Shown here piece after piece: positions 9,604 through 20,148 of a stretch of DNA of 55,444 nt. The translations under genes and the position numbers were made by a program. This stretch comes from Methanobacteriota archaeon (GTDB lineage: Archaea; Thermoplasmatota; Poseidoniia; Poseidoniales; Poseidoniaceae): positions 1 to 55,444 of the forward strand of contig JAACCR010000042.1 in NCBI GenBank assembly GCA_009937205.1, given 5' to 3'. Each line of letters opens with the position of its first letter. The first letter of the stretch is position 1. The notes under the pieces were generated by a model, which saw nothing but the letters and a program-made list of their open reading frames with translations, was not told the origin of the DNA and did not search any database.

Positions 9604-11892
9604 ATGCGTGAAAAGGTAACAGCCCTCACCCCTCCAGATAACAACAAATTAAAGTTATCAAAAATAAAAACTACTGCTGCAGGAATACCTGCTGCCTTGT
9701 CTTCCATGAAACATGGGATTACAAGAATGGGCGTGGCTAAAACGGTTAAAAGTTTGATGATGGTTAACCAGCAGAAGGGATTTGATTGCCCAGGATGTGC
9801 TTGGCCTGATCCATCGCATCGAACAACATTTGAATTCTGTGAAAATGGTGCTAAAGCAATTGCTGATGAAGGAACAAAAGCACGCGTCACCCCTGATTTT
9901 TTCAAGAAATATTCTGTACAACATCTTTCCAATCAAAGTGATTATTGGCTAAATAAGCAAGGCAGAATTACCAATCCAATGTACCTTGCAAAGGATTCTT
10001 CTCATTATACAGAAATAAGCTGGGATGATGCATTTGAAAAAATATCTACTCAGTTGAATTCCTTACAATCTGCTGATAATGCAGCGTTTTATACATCTGG
10101 GAGAACTAGTAATGAAGCCGCATTCTTATATCAGGCATTTGTACGTGCTTTTGGAACAAATAACTTACCTGATTGCTCAAACATGTGTCATGAGTCGAGT
10201 GGTAAAGGATTGGGAGCTACAATTGGCATTGGTAAAGGGACTGTTACACTTGAAGATTTCAACAAAGCCGAGTTGATACTAGTAATTGGTCAGAACCCAG
10301 GCACCAACCACCCGCGTATGCTAACTGCACTAAGGGATGCAAAAAATAAAGGTGCAAAAATAATTCATGTAAATCCTCTTCCTGAATCTGGTTTGAACCG
10401 TTTCAAACACCCACAAGACTACATGACTGCTAACCTAAAATCTACTACACTCGCCGATATTCACTTACAGGTAAAAATTGGAGGGGATGCTGCTTTGGTC
10501 AAGGGATTGATAAAGATTCATCACCAAAAAGGTGGCATTGATGAATCATTCATTGACTCAAAAACAGATGGTTACGAATCAATGATAGAATCTGCATTGG
10601 AGACACCATGGGATGTAATCTGCATGGATAGCGGACTCTCTAGGCAACAAATAGAGCATGCGGGAGAGATGTGTGCGAATTCAAATGCTACTATCGCTTG
10701 CTGGGCGATGGGGTTGACACAGCATCGCAATGGTGTTACAGTAATTCAAGAAGTTGTTAATCTCTTATTGATGGGAGGCCATGTTGGCCGTGAAGGCACT
10801 GGGTTTTGCCCTGTAAGAGGTCACTCAAATGTGCAAGGTGATAGAACCGTGGGCATTTGGGAAGCCCCATCTGAATCATTCTTGGAACGGTTAGAACAGG
10901 GATTGGGCTTTCAAATGCCTCAGCACCATGGATACGATGTCGTCCATGCGATTAAGGCTATGAGAAAGGGTGATATCGGCGTCTTTTTCTGTTTAGGGGG
11001 TAATTTTATCTCGGCCAGCCCAGATACCGAGGCTACTGCTGAAGGAATGCAAAAAGTTGATCTCACAATCCAGGTATCTACCAAACTCAATCGCGCTCAC
11101 TGCATCACTGGTAAGGAAGCATTGATTCTTCCTTGTCTTGGGCGTACTGAACTCGACATCACCAAAGACGGCGAACAATTTGTTTCTGTGGAAAACTCAA
11201 TGGGTATAGTCCATAGTTCTAGAGGCGGCTTCCGTCCTGCTAGCACACACCTACGAAGTGAGCCATGGATTGTTGCACAATTAGCCAATGCTACATTGGG
11301 AGACAAGCATTTGGATTGGTTAGAACTGACTGATAATTATGATAATATTAGAAACTTGATGGAAAAATCACTGCATGGCTTTGAAGATTATAACCTTAGA
11401 ATCCGCAATCCTAATGGTTTTTCACTACCTAATCCGCCAAGAGACGACCAATCATTTGCTACAGACAATGGAAAGGCGCACTTCACTACTAATCCGTTAC
11501 CAAATGTATCTATTGATGATGATAAATATGTAATGATGACAATTAGAAGTCACGACCAATATAACACTACTATCTACGATCTACATGACAGGTACAGAGG
11601 TATACATGGCAACAGAAGAGTGGTGATGATGAATGCTAACGATATGATGGAAAGGGGATGGAAAACAAGAACTATCGTAGACATTATATCTCATTTTAAT
11701 GGCCAAACTAGAAAGGCAGACCAGTGGATTGTTATTCCGTATGATATTCCAAGTGGTAATATCGCTACTTACTTCCCTGAAGCCAATTGTCTTGTTCCTC
11801 TTGAATCAACAGCAGATATCTCTAATACGCCAACTTCGAAATGGGTTGTAGTATCATTGCATGAGAGTAACTCCTCGCAAGAGGAGGAGTGA
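9604..11892 (+). CDS. FdhF/YdeP-family molybdopterin oxidoreductase
   Basis: GFDCPGCAWPD, EFCENGAKA, YTSGRTSNE, NNLPDCSNMCHE, RGHSNVQG, RSHDQYNTTIY. Confidence 0.93.
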   Translation: MREKVTALTPPDNNKLKLSKIKTTAAGIPAALSSMKHGITRMGVAKTVKSLMMVNQQKGFDCPGCAWPDPSHRTTFEFCENGAKAIADEGTKARVTPDFFKKYSVQHLSNQSDYWLNKQGRITNPMYLAKDSSHYTEISWDDAFEKISTQLNSLQSADNAAFYTSGRTSNEAAFLYQAFVRAFGTNNLPDCSNMCHESSGKGLGATIGIGKGTVTLEDFNKAELILVIGQNPGTNHPRMLTALRDAKNKGAKIIHVNPLPESGLNRFKHPQDYMTANLKSTTLADIHLQVKIGGDAALVKGLIKIHHQKGGIDESFIDSKTDGYESMIESALETPWDVICMDSGLSRQQIEHAGEMCANSNATIACWAMGLTQHRNGVTVIQEVVNLLLMGGHVGREGTGFCPVRGHSNVQGDRTVGIWEAPSESFLERLEQGLGFQMPQHHGYDVVHAIKAMRKGDIGVFFCLGGNFISASPDTEATAEGMQKVDLTIQVSTKLNRAHCITGKEALILPCLGRTELDITKDGEQFVSVENSMGIVHSSRGGFRPASTHLRSEPWIVAQLANATLGDKHLDWLELTDNYDNIRNLMEKSLHGFEDYNLRIRNPNGFSLPNPPRDDQSFATDNGKAHFTTNPLPNVSIDDDKYVMMTIRSHDQYNTTIYDLHDRYRGIHGNRRVVMMNANDMMERGWKTRTIVDIISHFNGQTRKADQWIVIPYDIPSGNIATYFPEANCLVPLESTADISNTPTSKWVVVSLHESNSSQEEE

Positions 11893-11894
11893 TT

Positions 11895-13148
11895 ATGAGC
11901 GATATTGGTTATGTGCAATTACTTCGTTCAAATGGAAATTTCCGCAGTCTGTGGCTTGCTTCGGTAATTTCAATGTTAGGGGAATGGTTCAACACAATAG
12001 CACTGTTTTTCTTGATTCTGGAATACACAGGTTCAGAATTTTTACTCGGATTCCTATTCACTGTAAGAATGGCTTCGTTTGCCTTAATGCAACCATTTAT
12101 TGGATTACTAGCCGATAGATATAGTCGTAAATCAATAATGGTATTTGCAAATTTTACTCAAATATTTTTAGCCCTTGGTTTTCTTCTAGTAGATAGTGCA
12201 TCTGACATACCATGGATGATTGCATTATCAGGATTAATGATGTTACTACATGGGACATATATGACTGCTGAAAGGGCTGCAATACCCAATATTGTCAGTG
12301 ATGAGGATTTGGCTACAGCCAATGCCCTCGATGCGGCTTCATGGTCTATAGCATTGTGCATAGGGGCATTGTTGGGTGGAGTGGTGGTGTCAAATTGGGG
12401 CGCAGATGCAGCCTTTATTATTGATTCAATGACTTTTGTAATCGCTACACTTCTATTAATTCCAGTAAAAATACAACAAAAAGTCGAGGAAGAGATGCAA
12501 ACGCCATTCTTCAAAACTGCATTTTCAAATATTAAACGCGGTTGGTTAAGAGTGTACACTGAGTCGCGCTTGTTGAGAATTATATTTGCAAAAACATCCT
12601 GGAATATCGCCGGTGGTGCATTGGCTGGAGTGTTCTTGGTATTATTGGGATCAGAAACCGATGGTTATGGAGCGGCCATGGGGTTCGGCATATTCTTTTT
12701 CGCAAGAGGTGTCGGAACGGGGCTTGGACCTATAATAGCTAGAAATGTATTGAAAGATGAATCTAAATGGCCAGGATTAATTGGTAAGTTAGTTGTCATA
12801 AGCGGGAGTTTTTACGTATTGGTTTCACTGACTTTGAATATCAGTATCGTATTGACGGTATTTCTTGTTCTTCTTGCCCATGCTGCCAGCGGTGCTAATT
12901 GGGTTCTTTCAACTATCCTTACCCAACGTTGGGTAGAAGATGAAATGAGAGGTAGAGTGTTCTCTATTGATATGTTGTTCATGTCTATCGCATTTTCAAT
13001 TTCTACTTCAGTAGCTGGATATTTGGTGGAAAATTACAATCTAGGAATCGCTGATGGAATTCTATACTTTGGTTCACTGATGATACTATCTGGAATATTG
13101 TTTACATTATGGAATCCCAGTAATTCAAAAAGCGTCACACCGGCGTAA
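11895..13148 (+). CDS. MFS transporter
   Basis: About 12 hydrophobic segments, motif A GLLADRYSRK, MRGRVFS. Confidence 0.9.
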   Translation: MSDIGYVQLLRSNGNFRSLWLASVISMLGEWFNTIALFFLILEYTGSEFLLGFLFTVRMASFALMQPFIGLLADRYSRKSIMVFANFTQIFLALGFLLVDSASDIPWMIALSGLMMLLHGTYMTAERAAIPNIVSDEDLATANALDAASWSIALCIGALLGGVVVSNWGADAAFIIDSMTFVIATLLLIPVKIQQKVEEEMQTPFFKTAFSNIKRGWLRVYTESRLLRIIFAKTSWNIAGGALAGVFLVLLGSETDGYGAAMGFGIFFFARGVGTGLGPIIARNVLKDESKWPGLIGKLVVISGSFYVLVSLTLNISIVLTVFLVLLAHAASGANWVLSTILTQRWVEDEMRGRVFSIDMLFMSIAFSISTSVAGYLVENYNLGIADGILYFGSLMILSGILFTLWNPSNSKSVTPA

Positions 13149-13188
13149 GATGGCAATGCTCAAAGACAGGCTGAGATGACCCTGTGTT

Positions 13189-15209
13189 ATGACGGGAGAG
13201 GCCGCCTCTATCCTTGCCACTTGCCTCGTATCTGGCATTCCCGATGAGTTACCAGAAATGCCTCCTTGGGATGATGGGGTTGACCATGCTCCCGCAAGGC
13301 GACAAGTATTGTCTCATCAAGAGAAGCAATTGGCTATTAGAAATGCATTGAGATATTTCCCAAAGCATTTACATGCAACACTCGCAAAGAGTTTAGTCAA
13401 GAATTGAATACTTTTGGTAGAGTAATAATGTGGCGATACCGGCCCACTGAGTATGAAATGCGAGCATATCCTATCGACTATTATCCAGCGAAATGCAAAC
13501 AAGCAGCCGCGATAATGTTGATGATTCAAAATAATTTAGATCCAATGGTAGCTCAATTCCCTCACGAATTGATAACTTATGGCGGTAATGGGGCAGTTTT
13601 CCAAAATTGGGCACAATACCGAATTGTGATGAAATATCTATCGCAGATGTCTGAACATCAAACATTGGTAATGTATTCAGGTCACCCTCTTGGACTATTT
13701 CCTTCAAGCCCAAGTGCTCCAAGAGCAATAGTCACAAACGGCATGGTGATTCCAAACCATTCATCTGCTGAAGATTATGAAAGAATGAATGCCTTAGGTG
13801 TAAGTCAATATGGTCAAATGACCGCTGGATCTTACATGTACATTGGACCCCAGGGAATCGTTCATGGAACTACAATTACTTTACTTAATGCAGCTAGGGA
13901 CAAATTAGGAATTTCTGGCGAGGAGGGCTTAGAAGGGATTTCTTTCGTGACATCCGGCTTAGGTGGTATGTCCGGGGCTCAAGCGAAGGCTGCTGTAATT
14001 GCAGGTGCCGCCTGCATCATTGCTGAAGTCAATCCACATGCGGCTAAGAAGAGGTATCAACAAGGTTGGCTGAGTACCGTTGCTGATGATGTTGATGATG
14101 CAATTGATAAAATGCTCTTGGCAGTTCAAGATAAGGAAGCAATTTCTATTGGATATGTAGGAAATATAGTCACTCTTTGGGAGAGGTTGGCTGAAAGAGA
14201 GGTTAAGGTCGATTTAGGAAGTGATCAAACTTCCCTACACAATCCATGGCAAGGGGGATATTTACCCGTCGGATTTGATTACGAAGTTGCATCACTAATG
14301 ATGTCACAGCAACCTCAGAAGTTTGCTGATGAAGTAAAAAATAGTTTGATTCGGCATGCTAATGCAATCAACAAAATGACTGATGAAGGGATGTATTTTT
14401 GGGATTATGGCAATGCATTCCTTCTCGAAGCTAGTAGGGCCGGTGCAGATGTTATCAATGCGGATGGCGGTTTCAAATATCCGTCATACGTTGAAGATAT
14501 CATGGGACCGATGTGCTTTGACTACGGCTTTGGACCATATAGGTGGGTTTGCTGTTCAGGGAGTCCACAGGATTTAGCGGAATCAGATGCAATTGCCTGT
14601 GAAGTTCTTTCTGAAATGATACTGGAATCTCCAATAGAAATTCAACAACAGATGAGAGATAATATTCGCTGGATTGAGCAAGCGGAGTCAAATAATATGG
14701 TCGTAGGCTCTCAAGCGCGTATTCTCTATGCAGATGATGAAGGAAGAAGGAGAATAGCGTCAGCAATGAATAAGGCTATCTCAACAGGGAGAATCTCGGG
14801 TCCAATAGTATTGGGTAGAGATCATCACGATGTTTCAGGAACCGACTCCCCTTACAGAGAAACTGCAAATATTTCTGACGGCTCAATGTTTACTGCTGAC
14901 ATGGCGGTTCAAAACTTCGTAGGTGATTCCTTTAGAGGTGCAACGTGGGTTAGTTTGCACAATGGTGGAGGTGTTGGCTGGGGCGAAGTTGTAAACGGTG
15001 GCTTTGGTTTGATGCTAGATGGAACAGATGATTCTGAAACTCGATTACAATCAATGCTACACTGGGATGTCAATAATGGTGTGGCGAGAAGGGCTTGGGC
15101 TCGTAATGACGGTGCTATTTTTGCTGCATAAAGAGCAATGCAATCACAACCGGATTTACAAGTAACTTTGCCAAATATTGTTGATGACGATATAATTAAC
15201 TCAGTCTGA
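13189..15209 (+). pseudogene. hutU: Urocanate hydratase (long form), interrupted by a 1-bp frameshift near 13386-13388 and an in-frame TAA at 15129-15131
   Basis: HAPARRQ..AIRNALRYFP joins EFSQELNTFGRVIMWRYRP if one A is restored; GQMTAGSYMYIGPQGIVHGT, SDQTSLHN, GRDHHD, SLHNGGGVG; after the TAA the frame continues RAMQSQPDLQVTLPNIVDD to TGA at 15207-15209. May be assembly error. Confidence 0.88.
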
Positions 15210-15221
15210 TGTGGTGGAAAT

Positions 15222-16775
15222 ATGGGAGAAGACAATACAATCTATCTCGACGGAGAAACTCTGTCTTCTTCTGAAGTGCAGATGGTTGCTGAAGGAAAGG
15301 CATCAGTTGCCATTCCTCAAGATTCATGGGTCAAAATTAATGCAGCACGATCTGTGATTGATGGAATACTTGAGAGAGGAGAAACTGTTTACGGAATCAA
15401 TACAGGATTCGGTGCATTGGTCAAGGAAAGAATATCTGTTGAAGATTTAGCAGACTTACAAAGAAATCTTATCCGTTCACACGCCACTGGTTTGGGAGAG
15501 TTCATGCCAAAGGAATTGGTTAGGGCGATGATGGTTACACGGGCTAATTCTCTTGCAAAGGGGTGTTCAGGAGTACATCCGGATGTTGTTAATCAACTAA
15601 TTGCTTTCATCAATAACGACATTTGCCCAGCGATACCACGCATAGGTAGTTTGGGAGCTAGTGGAGATTTAGCACCATTGTCACACATGGCCCTTTCACT
15701 AATCGGAGAGGGCGAGGTATTGACAGAAACAGGCGTTGGTCCTACTAGGGATGCCTTACTCGCCAATGGCTTAATTGGTATTCAATTGAGGGCTAAGGAT
15801 GGATTGTCTCTAATCAATGGAACTAGTCAAATGTTATCTCTCTTAGTTGCTGCTGAGCAAAGGCTTAGCCAATTATTACCCCTCGCTGACATAATCATGT
15901 GTTGTTCATTAGAAGCTAGGAAAGGGAGTGTGATGCCGGCTGATGAAAGAGTCCATCTGGCTCGTCCTCACATTGGCCAATTGACAACAGCATCACGGAT
16001 ACGAAGAATAATGAAAGATTCTCCAATTCTTCAATCTCATATTCATTGTGAACAAGTTCAAGATGCTTATTCTTTTAGATGCGCTCCACAAGTCCATGGT
16101 GCTGTTTTACAGAGGTTTATGCAACTGCAAGAAACATTGAGTATAGAGTTGAATAGTGCGACTGACAATCCATTGGTATTTCCAGACCCTTCTAATCCAG
16201 GGCCACACGAAGTTATTTCACAGGGTAATTTCCATGGAGAAGTTTTAGCATTATGTGCTGATTCCATGGCTCATGCACTTTTTGAATTGGCATCTATTAG
16301 TGAACGAAGAATTGACCAAATCCTCGACCCAGCAAGGAGTAATCTGCCAGCATTCTTGGCAAAGAATTCTGGTCTTGAATCTGGATTGATGATTGTCCAA
16401 TATGTCGCAGGTGCATCTTTGGCTGAATTACATGGTCATGCAATGCCACGTTCAGCATTCTCTACTAGCACTTCAGCAGGGCAAGAAGACCATGTTAGTA
16501 TGGGTGCTACTGCTTGTTGGAATCTTCTGCTTGCTACTGAGCGATTATCAGAGGTTTTGGCATGTGAATTATTTGTCGCGTGTGAAGCATTAGAATTTGA
16601 ACAACTACAACCTGCAGATCATGTTCGCTCATTGAAGCAAAGAGTTAGAGTTATTTCACCACCACTTGATGGAGACAGAAGTACAAGCAAAGAGTTGAAA
16701 CAAATTGCTAACCAGTTGTGGCAAGGTGGTTGGCTTGCTAGAATTGAAGCAGAATGTGGCAGACTACCTCGTTAA
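15222..16775 (+). CDS. hutH: Histidine ammonia-lyase
   Basis: VYGINTGFG, LIRSHA, GASGDLAPLSH (MIO-forming ASG), QDAYSFRC, NSATDNP, GQEDHVSMG. Confidence 0.95.
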   Translation: MGEDNTIYLDGETLSSSEVQMVAEGKASVAIPQDSWVKINAARSVIDGILERGETVYGINTGFGALVKERISVEDLADLQRNLIRSHATGLGEFMPKELVRAMMVTRANSLAKGCSGVHPDVVNQLIAFINNDICPAIPRIGSLGASGDLAPLSHMALSLIGEGEVLTETGVGPTRDALLANGLIGIQLRAKDGLSLINGTSQMLSLLVAAEQRLSQLLPLADIIMCCSLEARKGSVMPADERVHLARPHIGQLTTASRIRRIMKDSPILQSHIHCEQVQDAYSFRCAPQVHGAVLQRFMQLQETLSIELNSATDNPLVFPDPSNPGPHEVISQGNFHGEVLALCADSMAHALFELASISERRIDQILDPARSNLPAFLAKNSGLESGLMIVQYVAGASLAELHGHAMPRSAFSTSTSAGQEDHVSMGATACWNLLLATERLSEVLACELFVACEALEFEQLQPADHVRSLKQRVRVISPPLDGDRSTSKELKQIANQLWQGGWLARIEAECGRLPR

Positions 16776-17681
16776 TCACAAGTTAAGTAACCATTTTTCA
16801 AGTTCATCTAGGCCAGTTAGTTGCCTAATTCTGAATCTAGCAGTAGTTAATTCAGTGGCTGAGATATTATCGGAAATTGCTTCTAAGTGGTTTTCTAATT
16901 GAACAGCCCTTCTAACCTTCTCCTCAACAGATGAATATAATTGATGTGCCCTCTTTTCATCCATAATCGTAAGTGCGGGTTCAACTTCAGAAACATCTAG
17001 GCCCATTCTCCTCCACTGTAAAATACGGCGAGTGAGGATTGAATTACTAAATCCATTACGAGGTAATCGAGTCAACATTACCAGCCTCGGAGAGCCATCT
17101 TCTCTAGTATCTAATTCAATGTTTTCTCCAGGCATTTGCTGGAAGTTATGAATTTTTATTGCATCACTGGAATCATTTTGTGTATCAGAGTGTTCTTCAT
17201 GGAACTCAATAAGTTCCTCTTGCATTTGCAAGAAAATATCTGCTTCTGGGGCCTCCCTCCTCAATCGCGCTAACCACACCGAATCAAACACTAAGCAATT
17301 TATCGGAAATATGATCTTCCAAGAACTTTTATACGATTCATCTCTAATTTGCCGAACAAATGCCAGCACAGCATCCTCACCGTGTAAAGACACTAGCCAC
17401 TCAAGTCCTTCTATGACTATCAATCCATGGTCATTAGGTAATTTAGAAGTGATAATGTGAGCTATTTTTTCAAGGCTAGGCGTAATTGCGCCAGCAGTAG
17501 CACGGTCAGATAGCCAATATGATTCAACCTTGGCCAAATCAATGTATTCTAACAAACGTTTGTGGGGTTGGCGGCTAAACAACAATACTTGTTGCTGTGA
17601 GACTTCTAATTGTTTGTCGAGCCAAGGATATAAAGCAGTATTGTCGGATAATTCTGCAGTATATAGTCGTCCTTGTTCCAT
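16776..17681 (-). CDS. DUF835 domain protein (degenerate KaiC/RecA-like fold) with C-terminal helical region
   Basis: LFSRQP..YWLS..ITPSLEKI..IVIEGLEWL..FVRQIRD pattern typical of DUF835. Confidence 0.75.
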   Translation of the reverse strand: MEQGRLYTAELSDNTALYPWLDKQLEVSQQQVLLFSRQPHKRLLEYIDLAKVESYWLSDRATAGAITPSLEKIAHIITSKLPNDHGLIVIEGLEWLVSLHGEDAVLAFVRQIRDESYKSSWKIIFPINCLVFDSVWLARLRREAPEADIFLQMQEELIEFHEEHSDTQNDSSDAIKIHNFQQMPGENIELDTREDGSPRLVMLTRLPRNGFSNSILTRRILQWRRMGLDVSEVEPALTIMDEKRAHQLYSSVEEKVRRAVQLENHLEAISDNISATELTTARFRIRQLTGLDELEKWLLNL

Positions 17682-17794
17682 CAGCCAGCCTCCCTTAAAT
17701 GATACTATGAAGTAACCGCTCTATTTACTATGTGTCACAGTAAACTCCATCAAGCATTATATCTATTGTTTGTTTGGCATATATAGGTGTGACA

Positions 17795-19543
17795 ATGACC
17801 GAGACAGAGAATGAAGAAATCTCAATGGCAGAATGTGGGAATTGCCGTGCAATAATTCCGAGTGATTCTAGCGAATGTTCAGAATGTAAAATCAAGTTGT
17901 CGGGACTTTCCGAAGATGCTCTAGGTGAATGTGGCGCTTGTGGAACTCTAGTGCCTCTAGAATCATCTAGTTGTAAAAAATGCGGCGTTATTTTTGTTGC
18001 TGATGATGTGATGGATGTATTACGAAAATGGCTAGCTAACACTGGCTTAAGCATATCCTCATTATTTGAGAAATTCGATACTAACGGAGATGGAATGATA
18101 GACTCTGATGAATTAAGACAGGGCCTGTTGAGCCTAAATCTAGCAGATCTCCCTCCATCACAAATTGAAAGATTGATTGAGCAAATAGATGTTGACGGTG
18201 ATGGAAAAATAGACTTGGCGGAATTAGAAACATCCGTTACTGGCGCAGAATACGTACCTTCTGCTGACGAAAAAGAAGAAGATTCCGAAGTAGAAGTTGC
18301 AGAAGAAGGCGATTCTGAAGAAGAAACTGAAGAAGAAACTGAAGAAGAAGATGATTCTGAAGAAGAAGACGATTCTGAAGAAGAAACTGAAGAAGAAGAT
18401 TCCGAAGAAGAAACTGAAGAAGAAGATTCCGAAGAAGAAACCGAAGAAGACGATGATTCCGAAGACGATAGCGAATCTGCTCCAAAACAACATAATCCTG
18501 CTGAGATCCTTGAAATGTTGATTAATATCATGGATGAGAAAGAGGCTAATCCAGCAGAAATTTTCCATGTATTGGATGAAGATGGTGACAAATATGTTAG
18601 CAGTGAAGAATTTGCAAATACCATTGGAGAACTACTAGAAGATGAAGAGATTAGCCAAACAAGTATTTCCGATTTCATTGAGTCTTTGGATGCAGATAAA
18701 GATGGAAATATTGACATAATCGAATTCATTTCTGCAATTGAGTCTCACGAAGATGAAGACTTAGAAAAGCCTCCTAAAGAATTCCCTTCAGCAATACAAT
18801 CTTCTATGATGTCAAAGAAATGGAATGATGTCTGGTGGCCACTAATCCACGCAGCATTATTTATCTTTATTCTTGCTTGGATAGTAAACGGATATCTTGG
18901 ACCAGTAGACGGTTCTGGAGGATCAATCGAATTAGATAGCAAGTATGGAATGGGCTTTGAAGGAATTAATGAAGGAGAAATTTACTCTTGTGACAGCGAT
19001 GTTCAAGCCGATGGCTGTGCCAATTCATTAACACCATTCTCTGGTGAAAATGGAGCATCATCCATGCCTAAGGGATTCTATACAGATGGTATTATCTTTA
19101 TTCTCATCGGAGCTATTGCAATGGGTGGTTCTATGTTTACACACCTTGTATTAGCCAAAGGGTGGAGAGCGCGTGTCAGGGCCATGAAAGAAGTTCAATC
19201 TGATACTGAAGATGCAAAGGAAGCATCGGAGGACGAAGATGAAGGTGATTCAGACTCGGATGAAGAAAAAGATGATTCTGTTAGCGATGAAGAAATCTCT
19301 GAAGATGAAGGAGATGATGATTCCGGTGACGAAGAAGATGACTCTGATGACGAAGAAGGAGATGATTCAGATGACGAAGAAGATGATATCGACATCGGAT
19401 CTCATATTGGACTCACAGTTGATGAGGAAGAATTCTTTGGAACCATAATTGAGTTTGATGATGAGGACGAACTTGTTACAATCAAGGAAGACGGTACTGG
19501 TGATGAAATAACTGGATACCAAGATGAGATGTTCTTGGAGTAA
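17795..19543 (+). CDS. Double zinc ribbon / four EF-hand / acidic-repeat membrane protein
   Basis: Four CxxC pairs; EF loops DTNGDGMIDSDE, DVDGDGKIDLAE, DEDGDKYVSSEE, DADKDGNIDIIE; two hydrophobic helices; D/E-rich tracts. Confidence 0.8.
   Translation: MTETENEEISMAECGNCRAIIPSDSSECSECKIKLSGLSEDALGECGACGTLVPLESSSCKKCGVIFVADDVMDVLRKWLANTGLSISSLFEKFDTNGDGMIDSDELRQGLLSLNLADLPPSQIERLIEQIDVDGDGKIDLAELETSVTGAEYVPSADEKEEDSEVEVAEEGDSEEETEEETEEEDDSEEEDDSEEETEEEDSEEETEEEDSEEETEEDDDSEDDSESAPKQHNPAEILEMLINIMDEKEANPAEIFHVLDEDGDKYVSSEEFANTIGELLEDEEISQTSISDFIESLDADKDGNIDIIEFISAIESHEDEDLEKPPKEFPSAIQSSMMSKKWNDVWWPLIHAALFIFILAWIVNGYLGPVDGSGGSIELDSKYGMGFEGINEGEIYSCDSDVQADGCANSLTPFSGENGASSMPKGFYTDGIIFILIGAIAMGGSMFTHLVLAKGWRARVRAMKEVQSDTEDAKEASEDEDEGDSDSDEEKDDSVSDEEISEDEGDDDSGDEEDDSDDEEGDDSDDEEDDIDIGSHIGLTVDEEEFFGTIIEFDDEDELVTIKEDGTGDEITGYQDEMFLE
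18311..18470 (+). repeat. Intragenic tandem repeat encoding DSEEETEEE
   Basis: Three 27-bp units GATTCYGAAGAAGAAACYGAAGAAGAM at 18371, 18398 and 18425, plus degenerate copies from 18311. Confidence 0.9.
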
Positions 19544-19547
19544 ATAC

Positions 19548-19919
19548 ATGTCTGACGACCCAATAAATGCATTGCGCGGCACATCATTTTGCCCTGTTTG
19601 TGGTTGTATTGAGAAGTCTGGTAGCGTTCGATGTGCTGAATGTGGAACATTCCATTCTAGCGCCCATTTGGAGGAGAGAGAAGCACCGCCCCCTTCGCAA
19701 GAAGTGTCAACACAACTGGTAGATCCAGCTTCATATTCGTTAGCACCGGGGGCAGATCAGATCCCTGTGGAGTCGTTTGAAGAATCAGATTCTGTGACGA
19801 ACTGGGAAGGTGGTTCAACAGACTTCACTGTAGATGAAGAGGATGAAAGGCCAATGAGTAGAGTCGACCCTGATGAATTAGTCTTACCCGATCCAGAGGA
19901 ATTAACAAATATCAAGTAA
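19548..19919 (+). CDS. Zinc-ribbon acidic hypothetical protein
   Basis: CPVCG..CAECG then acidic tail; starts 4 nt after the upstream stop, with GGAG upstream. Confidence 0.7.
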   Translation: MSDDPINALRGTSFCPVCGCIEKSGSVRCAECGTFHSSAHLEEREAPPPSQEVSTQLVDPASYSLAPGADQIPVESFEESDSVTNWEGGSTDFTVDEEDERPMSRVDPDELVLPDPEELTNIK

Positions 19920-20015
19920 TACTGATTTAACAGTATATGCTTTTTAAATAAGATTTACACTATACTACTTTTAAAAGTTAAAAGAAATGAAATCATAATC
20001 ATAGGATAAAAATAC

Positions 20016-20091
20016 TGGTGGGCTCGGAGAGAATTGAACTCTCGATCTTCGCCATGTCAAGGCGACGTCATAACCCCTAGACCACGAGCCC
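20016..20091 (-). tRNA. tRNA-Val(GAC), CCA encoded, no intron
   Basis: Reverse complement GGGCTCG..TCGCC-TTGACAT-GGCGA..GTTCAATT..CGAGCCC-A-CCA, 76-nt cloverleaf. Confidence 0.97.
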
Positions 20092-20148
20092 TAGGTAAAG
20101 TGAGCCACTTAGGCTCTATATTAAACGGATTCGGTATGCTATTTCCGA

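Noticed and set aside
9351..9932. 193-aa antisense ORF and similar antisense ORFs across the window
   Set aside because: They lie almost entirely opposite well-conserved genes and have no motifs of their own
18311..18470. Tandem repeats as a possible CRISPR array
   Set aside because: Units are contiguous with no unique spacers, keep the reading frame and encode an acidic linker; no cas genes are present
17728..19650. Ser-, Phe- or Lys-rich alternative-frame ORFs such as 17728-18729
   Set aside because: Shadows of the GAA-rich repeat inside the EF-hand gene
19920..20091. tRNA-Val as the integration site of a genomic island
   Set aside because: No integrase and no duplicated tRNA 3' end seen; flanking genes look chromosomal
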